From assembly GCA_964515185.1 (NCBI GenBank), contig CAZESP010000005.1, positions 5,787-69,786 of the forward strand: a stretch of 64,000 bases of DNA. The letters are read 5' to 3'. Of this stretch, positions 58,184 through 64,000 are shown one piece after another. A program made the translations under genes and the position numbers. This stretch comes from an uncultured Alcaligenaceae bacterium. GTDB taxonomy: Bacteria; Planctomycetota; Planctomycetia; Gemmatales; Gemmataceae. The notes under the pieces are model-generated. The model did no database searches, had not been told where the DNA came from, and was given only the letters and a program-made list of their open reading frames with translations. Positions within the stretch are counted from its first letter, which is position 1, and the number at the start of each line of letters is the position of its first letter.

Positions 58184-58216
58184 GTCGCGCTCGCCGGTAA
58201 CCGAGGCGAGCGCGAC
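58184..58216. terminator. 12-bp inverted repeat hairpin between convergent genes
   Basis: 'gtcgcgctcgcc ggtaaccga ggcgagcgcgac'. Confidence 0.45.
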
Positions 58217-58227
58217 AGGCCGGCCTC

Positions 58228-59799
58228 TTACGCCTTTGGCGCCGTCGTGTACTTGCCGTTCAATTCTCCAAGAAGAATCTCCGGCAAAGGCTCCCGATTC
58301 GGCGTCGGCGGCAGTTCTTCCGGCACCGGGGCGGCGACCAATTCCGCATTGGCGCCAGCCGCGTGCTTGTCTTTCCAGAAGCATGCCAAGGCCACTTGAG
58401 CGCATCGCTCCTGAAACTGTGCCGGCGTTTCTTGCAGGTCCGGGAACCGATCGACGAACGCCAGCATCTCGACATAGGCTTCGGGGTAGTCACCCAGAAT
58501 TCGTTTGGCCATCAGTTTCTTGTCGGGCGCTTCCATGAAGGTCAACTCGACAGCTTTATCGACACGGCCGGGACGGGTCGAGATGAACTCCACGGTTCCA
58601 TCGGGCAACCGGCGTGGCTGACCCAGAGCCGGATCGACTTTGGCAATGTCGTTGGTCGTAATGATTGTGAAAATCCCATCCGAACGTTCCACGCCATCGA
58701 GACAGTTCAACAGGCAGTCGAAGGTCAAAGGCGTCAGCGATGGCATGCGGCGATCATCGTCGTTGTTGTCGTCTTTCTTGCGGTGACCGAGCATGAACGG
58801 CATCAAACCGTTCTTGCGCGAGACATTTTCACGCCCATGGAACACGTTGTCGATGTCTTCGATAAGGGCGATGCACGGCACGTTCACCTGCATGTCCACC
58901 CAAGCCTTGATGAGTTCGTGGTTGCTCATCTCGGCGAGATTGAAGACATAGATCGGCATGTTGAGGTCTTCGGCAAATGCTCGGGCGAGGGCGGTCTTCC
59001 CCGTGCCCGGGGGGCCATAGAGCATCCAGCCGCGTTTCCACGGAATGCCACGGTCGCGATACCAGTCTCGGCTCGAACGCCAAAGCTCAATCTCGCGGAT
59101 GAGGGCCTTGACGCGCTCGGGGAAGATGAGGTTTTCCAGGGCCTTGCCGCGATACAGTTTCGCCTTGCCGAGTTGATCGGGCGAATGGGCGAGGAGCCGG
59201 TACATGGTCTGTTGATACCACGGCAGGCCGTTGCTGTCCGATCCATAGTCGCCGTCGTTGTCCTCGCGGGCCGGAACATAGCGGATGACGAATCGGTTCT
59301 TGGCCTGCTCTTCCGCAGAATTGGCCGCCCAGGTTAGGTTGTTCAGACGGGCGCACGCCTCGCGAAGGATCGCCTCAACATTCACGGTGCCGCGGATGAA
59401 GGTGATGGTGGAGTACACTTTGGTCGCGTCCGAGCTATGGCCATCGGTGCGATTGCTTGTCTTGCTCTTCTGTTCCAAGGCGTTGGTAAAAAAGAACGGA
59501 ACCCAGCCGCGCCAGAAAATGACGCTGCGATTGCCGAATTGTTCGTAAGGGATCAAGCCGTAGCGGCCGTCACGCTGATATTCGTAACTGGCCCCGTAGA
59601 GCCGGTCGTAGAACCGCGACTTTCGATGAGTGGCAACAAGATAGGCGATGACGGCCTGATGAGCGTTGTCGCTGGTGATTTCGACTTGTTGAACAAACAG
59701 GTTTACGACACGCCAAAGGAATTCCTTGATCTTCCCCCAGAATCCCGCGATGACGCCCAGGGCGGCACCGCCGGCTAGGAACTTGCCGAACTCGTCCAT
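58228..59799 (-). CDS. BCS1-like AAA+ ATPase
   Basis: Walker A 'GPPGTGKT'. Walker B 'CIALIEDID'. Long N-terminal BCS1-like domain. Start at the internal ATG 'MDEFGKF'. Confidence 0.75.
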   Translation of the reverse strand: MDEFGKFLAGGAALGVIAGFWGKIKEFLWRVVNLFVQQVEITSDNAHQAVIAYLVATHRKSRFYDRLYGASYEYQRDGRYGLIPYEQFGNRSVIFWRGWVPFFFTNALEQKSKTSNRTDGHSSDATKVYSTITFIRGTVNVEAILREACARLNNLTWAANSAEEQAKNRFVIRYVPAREDNDGDYGSDSNGLPWYQQTMYRLLAHSPDQLGKAKLYRGKALENLIFPERVKALIREIELWRSSRDWYRDRGIPWKRGWMLYGPPGTGKTALARAFAEDLNMPIYVFNLAEMSNHELIKAWVDMQVNVPCIALIEDIDNVFHGRENVSRKNGLMPFMLGHRKKDDNNDDDRRMPSLTPLTFDCLLNCLDGVERSDGIFTIITTNDIAKVDPALGQPRRLPDGTVEFISTRPGRVDKAVELTFMEAPDKKLMAKRILGDYPEAYVEMLAFVDRFPDLQETPAQFQERCAQVALACFWKDKHAAGANAELVAAPVPEELPPTPNREPLPEILLGELNGKYTTAPKA

Positions 59800-59982
59800 T
59801 GATGCCTCGCTTTCGTCGTGCCAACCGGTCCCCCAAGACCGACACCCGCACAATTGACGGGGTTCGGGCAAAGGATTTTACGCACCCAAGCAAGCAGAAG
59901 CAAAGCCCGCAGCGACTCAGCGAAGATTTTGCCACTATCATCTTCTTCAGATTCTCATCGAGCGTTACCAGGAGTCATTAAC

Positions 59983-60651
59983 GTGGCCCGAATTCGTCTG
60001 ACTGAGCGTGAAACGCGCCCGAATCGCCTGCCGATGGTCTGTGTCGTCTGCGGAGAACCCGCCGAATTCGCGCCTCATCGCAAATTCTCTTGGGCGCCTC
60101 CCTGGGTTCACATTCTCATCCTTGCTGGATTGTTGCCGTATGTCATCGTCGTTGCGATTCTGACCAAGCGGAAAAGCACCGACATGCCGGTCTGCCGGTG
60201 CCATCGCCACAACAACGCTTATCGGTTGCTGCTGGTTCTCGGATCGTTCTTCGTCATGACCGGGTTGGCCGTTGGAATTGGCTTTTTGATCGACTCGTTT
60301 CAGAAGCGGGACGAGTTGGGCGGATTGATTTGTCTCAGTATCGGCCTGATCATCTTGGCGTGGTTTCTACTGATTGTCATCGTCCAACTGATGTCGATTC
60401 GGCCCACCGAGATCACGGACTCCTCGATCACGCTGACAAACGTGAATATCGCGTTTGTCGATGCCGTTCGAGAGCAACGTGACCAGCGGCGCGTTGACAT
60501 CGACGACGACGAAGACGATGAATACGACGACCGGCGCCGGCGAAGGCGCTATGACGACGATGATGACGAATACGACGACGATGATCGCCCCCGACGCCGC
60601 CGGCCACGCTACGAAGACGAAGACGACCACGACGATCGACGCCGATCGTAG
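59983..60651 (+). CDS. membrane protein with N-terminal Cys pairs and hyper-charged D/E-R repeat C-terminal tail
   Basis: GTG start with GGAG upstream. 'CVVCGE...CRCHRH'. 3 TM helices. The tail 'DDDEDDEYDDRRRRRRYDDDDDEYDDDDRPRRRRPRYEDEDDHDDRRRS' contains a (D/E)n-Y-Dn-Rn motif repeated about 3 times. Confidence 0.5.
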   Translation: MARIRLTERETRPNRLPMVCVVCGEPAEFAPHRKFSWAPPWVHILILAGLLPYVIVVAILTKRKSTDMPVCRCHRHNNAYRLLLVLGSFFVMTGLAVGIGFLIDSFQKRDELGGLICLSIGLIILAWFLLIVIVQLMSIRPTEITDSSITLTNVNIAFVDAVREQRDQRRVDIDDDEDDEYDDRRRRRRYDDDDDEYDDDDRPRRRRPRYEDEDDHDDRRRS

Positions 60652-60660
60652 CCCATGCCT

Positions 60661-61170
60661 TCATGACGATAAGCCATGCGATCGTCGCGATAACTGCCAA
60701 ATCCGCGTCGCGATGCCGGGACATCGAACCGCCACAGTCAGCCGCCAAGGGCGACGGGACAATGCCAGCCGCAACGCCGGCCCTCGCCGCGGAATCAGAC
60801 CCGTTCGCGTCGACTTGTATTGAACGTCGATCCAAAGTGCGGCGGCGCGGGTCTCATCCGAAATCGCTTGCCGTGCCGCCAACCAGCGAACGAAGGCCCT
60901 CCCATCGGCAAGCGGCCCACCGAAACGCGGTATGGGGTGTTGCCGGGAATAGTCACTGAAACAGTCTCGGAATCGCTCGCCCAATTCTCGCCCCAGCATC
61001 GGCCAGGCTTGAGCCACTGTCCTGAGCCGTTTACGGAACAAGGCAACCGACGCCATTCGCAGTCGCTCGTTGTCGAAACCCGCGGGAGCGGCCGCGCCTG
61101 TCATGATCGCCTCGACCAGCGCTGCCTGTCGCGATGCTAAATCATGCCGAGGCTCAGTCGCCGATGACAT
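60661..61170 (-). CDS. DUF2063 domain protein (short; MNIO partner protein, BufC/HvfC-like)
   Basis: 'ERLRMASVALFRKRLRTVAQAWPMLGRELGERFRDCFSDYSRQHPIPRFGGPLADGRAFVRWL' fits the DUF2063 N-domain pattern (RL.vYRNN......AL...fP....L.G..F..l...Y....P..s..L...G..F..FL). It overlaps the upstream DUF692 stop. Confidence 0.65.
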   Translation of the reverse strand: MSSATEPRHDLASRQAALVEAIMTGAAAPAGFDNERLRMASVALFRKRLRTVAQAWPMLGRELGERFRDCFSDYSRQHPIPRFGGPLADGRAFVRWLAARQAISDETRAAALWIDVQYKSTRTGLIPRRGPALRLALSRRPWRLTVAVRCPGIATRIWQLSRRSHGLSS

Positions 61171-62011
61171 GGTGAACCTCGGGCCCGGTTTCAATTCGGC
61201 GTCGGTTGCCCCTCGCCATGGCTGCCGCGATGGCGTCTAACTCCGCGGCGACGGTCGAGTCCGGCGGAAAATTGGCGTCGCGTTCCAGCATCACGCCCGG
61301 AACGTTGACGCGACTGCAAAGGTATTCGAGCAACTCCAGGACCATCGCCGGAACGGCGTGTGCGTGCGTATCGTGATACGCTCCATCGCGCTCGACACCA
61401 CCGGCGACATGGACATAGGCGGTTCGTTCCAACGGAATTCGAGACAGAAACTCAATCGGGTCTTTGTTGAAGTTGCGAGCGTTGGCGTAGACGTTTTCGA
61501 TATCCAGCAAAAATTGGACGTTCGCTCGCTCCAGTATCTCCGTGAGGAACGTTGCCTCGTCCATCTCGTCGTCGGGCCATTCAAAGAGTGTCGCGATGTT
61601 CTCCAGCGCCAACGGAACGGGCAGCATCGACTGAAGCATTTTCGCATTCTTGACGATGAGGGTCACGGCCTCGCGTGTTCGCGGCATGGGGAGCAGGTGA
61701 CCCGTTTCGAATCCGCCGCCACGCACGAAGGCAATATGTTCGCTGACCAATGGTGCCTTGAGGTGGCGGGCAAGGCGAGCCAACGCTCTCATTTGTGTGT
61801 GATCGACAGGATCGGGTCCACCCAAAGAGAGTGAAACACCGTGAAGAACGGGTTGGACGCCGCGATGGATCAGTTGAGAAATCGGCGCGGGCAACGGCGT
61901 GTGAGGGTCGAGATCCTCGGCCATGAATTCAACAAACCCAAGGTCGCGGCGACGGTCAATAAAAAGGGCCAACTCCGGCCGCCATCCGATGCCGAGTCCA
62001 AGCGGGGTCAT
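61154..62011 (-). CDS. DUF692 family multinuclear non-heme iron oxidative enzyme (MNIO; MbnB/TglH/BufB family)
   Basis: 'MTPLGLGIGWRPELALFIDRRRDLGFVEFMAEDL...VQPVLHGVSLSLGG' matches the DUF692 N-terminal hallmark (LG.GLG.R.E.....DF.E..AEN......L....PV..HGVSLSLGS). It is a TIM-barrel-length protein of 286 aa. The start ATG overlaps the upstream stop (ATGA). Confidence 0.8.
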   Translation of the reverse strand: MTPLGLGIGWRPELALFIDRRRDLGFVEFMAEDLDPHTPLPAPISQLIHRGVQPVLHGVSLSLGGPDPVDHTQMRALARLARHLKAPLVSEHIAFVRGGGFETGHLLPMPRTREAVTLIVKNAKMLQSMLPVPLALENIATLFEWPDDEMDEATFLTEILERANVQFLLDIENVYANARNFNKDPIEFLSRIPLERTAYVHVAGGVERDGAYHDTHAHAVPAMVLELLEYLCSRVNVPGVMLERDANFPPDSTVAAELDAIAAAMARGNRRRIETGPEVHHVIGD

Positions 62012-62880
62012 CCGCCGCACCCCCCACAACCGCCGCCGCATCCTCCTCCGCAACTACTGCCGCAACTGCTGCCACCGCCGCAACTGCTCGACACAGTTGG
62101 CGGCGGTCGCATCATCGGCTGAAGCGGCGACAGCGGGCTACCCGCGAGAATGCCAACTCCGAAGAGCGCGAGAGCCATCGCCATGTCATCGCCCGAGACC
62201 TGATCGGCCAGTTTAAGTACCTGGGTCTTCATGGCGGCATTCGTGGTTTTGAGCCGTTCCAGTGTGCCGTCGCCGCGGCGGCTCCGAGTGACTTTTCGCC
62301 CGAATCCGACAAAGGCGATAATCACCGAAGCGATGCACAGTATCACGAGGAATCCCACGGGCTTGCCCCGTGATACTCCGACGAGGATTTTAATGACGCC
62401 CAACGCCGGCACGGCGAGGACGACCAGCAACGGCGCAATCGTCGCGATCGAGGCTTGACTGGGCGATACCAGCAACCCGAGGTCTTGGAGGCGTTCGCGG
62501 ATCGGGGTAAGTTCGGTTTTCGCGGCTCGCTGAACCGTGGCGAGCGATGATCCGGCACTAGGCTCAACCGCATCGAATACCTTTTTCTCTAGCGCGTGTG
62601 CGTCTGCCGGCAGGACATCGCTTTCCCGCACCAGCTTGTTTTCTTTGACACTCAGAATCTCGTCTTGGACCAGGTGAACGACGGCAGCGTTGACGGCAAG
62701 ATCCTCGCCGCCTTCGAGGTAGGCCGCCTCGTATGCCGACAACGGCGCCGTGTCGGGGAATAACTCATCAATGGGCTGTCTTAGATACGATCGCCAGGCG
62801 ATCGCCACAACGACCGCGCTCACGATCAGCATGATGTAAAAGGCGAGGAATTGCGGCCCGGTGAGATTGAGAGGATTCAT
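62008..62880 (-). CDS. 4-TM membrane protein with C-terminal Cys/Gly low-complexity tail (candidate MNIO substrate)
   Basis: TM helices 'FLAFYIMLIVSAVVVAIAW', 'IATIAPLLVVLAVPALGVIKILVGV', 'GFLVILCIASVIIAFVGF' and 'MAMALALFGVGILAG'. The C-terminus is 'PPPTVSSSCGGGSSCGSSCGGGCGGGCGGCGG*'. The stop overlaps the MNIO start. Confidence 0.65.
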   Translation of the reverse strand: MNPLNLTGPQFLAFYIMLIVSAVVVAIAWRSYLRQPIDELFPDTAPLSAYEAAYLEGGEDLAVNAAVVHLVQDEILSVKENKLVRESDVLPADAHALEKKVFDAVEPSAGSSLATVQRAAKTELTPIRERLQDLGLLVSPSQASIATIAPLLVVLAVPALGVIKILVGVSRGKPVGFLVILCIASVIIAFVGFGRKVTRSRRGDGTLERLKTTNAAMKTQVLKLADQVSGDDMAMALALFGVGILAGSPLSPLQPMMRPPPTVSSSCGGGSSCGSSCGGGCGGGCGGCGG

Positions 62881-63629
62881 GGTCGCGCCTCCCCCATGGC
62901 GTGAACCGCGCCGGCGACTTTGGCGATCGCATCGAGGGTCTCGCGGAATAGTTCCACCATGTCGCCGGCCGGTCGCGGATTCTGACGGAGGACCGCGAGC
63001 CGGGCCAACGGTTCGGGCTTCAATCCAAAGGCCGCTGATGCCGATTCAAAAATCGCCGCGGTCCGATCTTCGGCAGGCGATGGTTTCCCGGCAAAGCTGA
63101 GCAACGCCGCCAACTCCAGCGCGAACGGTCTTGCGAATTTCGACAAGATGCGTGCCATACCCACCGAGTCGCGGCCCGACAAAATCAACGCATGCCTTAG
63201 CCTCAAGAGATGATTGCGAAGTTCCTGTTCAATTCGCAATCGGATCATCTCGCGCGGCACCACAAGTTGAGAAAGATCGTTCTCACCGGCCAGGACGATG
63301 TGGTGGTTTTTGATGTCGAGGAATTTGATCGGAAACGCTCGTGCCGCGTCGGGGAGTTCGGCGGGCGTGAGGATCAATGGCTCCACGGCGACGGCTCGCC
63401 ACGCGGTGCGCAACGCCGGCGCGATGGTTGCCAGGGAGTTTGCCGATGCGTCGCGGAGCAGGACAAGGACGTTGACATCGCTCTTGCCCGGGCGATAGCG
63501 ACCCCGGGCCACGCCGCCATAGAGGATTAGCCCGGCGAAGTTGTCGCCGGCGGCATTTGTCAGATCGGCCTTCAAGCGTTCGAGGGCAGACACGACGTTC
63601 GCAGGCACGCCAGAAATGGTTATGGGCAT
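62877..63629 (-). CDS. nucleotidyltransferase (Pol-beta superfamily) domain protein
   Basis: 'LILYGGVARGRYRPGKSDVNVLVLLRD' is a GS/GG...D.D NTase motif. The stop overlaps the start of the Cys/Gly-tail membrane protein (ATGA). Start is at the internal ATG 'MPITISG'. Confidence 0.6.
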   Translation of the reverse strand: MPITISGVPANVVSALERLKADLTNAAGDNFAGLILYGGVARGRYRPGKSDVNVLVLLRDASANSLATIAPALRTAWRAVAVEPLILTPAELPDAARAFPIKFLDIKNHHIVLAGENDLSQLVVPREMIRLRIEQELRNHLLRLRHALILSGRDSVGMARILSKFARPFALELAALLSFAGKPSPAEDRTAAIFESASAAFGLKPEPLARLAVLRQNPRPAGDMVELFRETLDAIAKVAGAVHAMGEARP

Positions 63630-63767
63630 CGGAGGCTCGCTTCCAAACGGGGAACCGAATCGGTCACGACAGTGTCGCATTCGCCGGCGATTGTCGAGGA
63701 TCACCGGGCAATTGTCAATGATGCCGGCGTCGCGTGGCATCATTTCCCGGCCGAGCGACCGGACGAT

Positions 63768-64000
63768 TAACCAATCATGTTCGACGAGATGAGGTCCAGG
63801 ACAGAACGAGGATTCAGTTCTTCGAGTGAGTGAACCACGTGATCGGCGCCAGCGTCGAGGAGTGCCCCGGCCGGATTATGGCCCACGAAGCCGACGGCGA
63901 CGCATCGCATACCCGCGGCCTTGGCCGCGCGAACCCCGGCAACGGCATCCTCAAAGACGACGCATCGCCGCGGGTCGGTCCCGACACGTCGAGCCGCCGT
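63768..64000 (-). CDS. HAD family hydrolase, C-terminal fragment; gene continues beyond the window end
   Basis: The reverse frame reads '...VVFEDAVAGVRAAKAAGMRCVAVGFVGHNPAGALLDAGADHVVHSLEEL...*', which is HAD motifs III/IV. Confidence 0.6.

Noticed and set aside
61841-62122. Plus-strand 93-aa Pro-rich ORF
   Set aside because: It is antisense to the Cys/Gly tail and to the start of the DUF692 gene, so it is a shadow of the GC-rich repeat.

Overview
The window is 64 kb of high-GC (about 60-65%) bacterial chromosome that looks like Planctomycetota. The evidence is two DUF1559 / prepilin-type 'H-X9-DG' proteins, three very large Ser/Thr kinases, two of them next to ECF sigma factors, TPR/HEAT repeat tails and a PBP4-type peptidoglycan hydrolase. 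Housekeeping genes include dxr-rseP, RNase H, PBP4, a LOG-family protein, a Gfo/Idh/MocA oxidoreductase and a sugar-phosphate isomerase. Most of the window is ordinary coding sequence with tight operons, several 4-nt ATGA overlaps, and inverted-repeat hairpins between convergent genes. No rRNA, tRNA or CRISPR was seen.

The most notable locus is a minus-strand four-gene operon at about 60.6-63.7 kb. It encodes, in order, a nucleotidyltransferase, a four-TM membrane protein with a C-terminal Cys/Gly low-complexity tail ('...SSSCGGGSSCGSSCGGGCGGGCGGCGG'), a DUF692 multinuclear non-heme iron oxidase (MbnB/TglH/BufB family, MNIO) and a short DUF2063 partner. MNIO plus DUF2063 pairs normally modify Cys residues of small RiPP precursors. 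Here the only Cys-rich candidate substrate is the tail of a membrane protein whose stop codon overlaps the MNIO start (ATGA).

Other accessory features:
- A TfuA-like protein (YcaO partner family) with a long C-terminal extension, coupled to a tetrapyrrole-methylase-fold protein, with no YcaO in the window.
- A DUF433/DUF5615 toxin-antitoxin-like pair whose DUF5615 member carries an in-frame TGA.
- Low-GC islets holding an ORFan with a 'CCYITTAVC...LRWFRD' C-terminal module, an actin/Hsp70-fold ATPase two-gene module, and an AT-rich ORFan with a caspase-like His-Gly/Cys arrangement.
- An NRPS-like A-T-TE enzyme with a family-2 glycosyltransferase and a membrane protein.
- A truncated GH2-like remnant.
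- A giant kinase-STAND-FGE fusion next to an S53 peptidase.

Coordinates follow the supplied ORF track. Hand-refined starts may be off by a few nucleotides.
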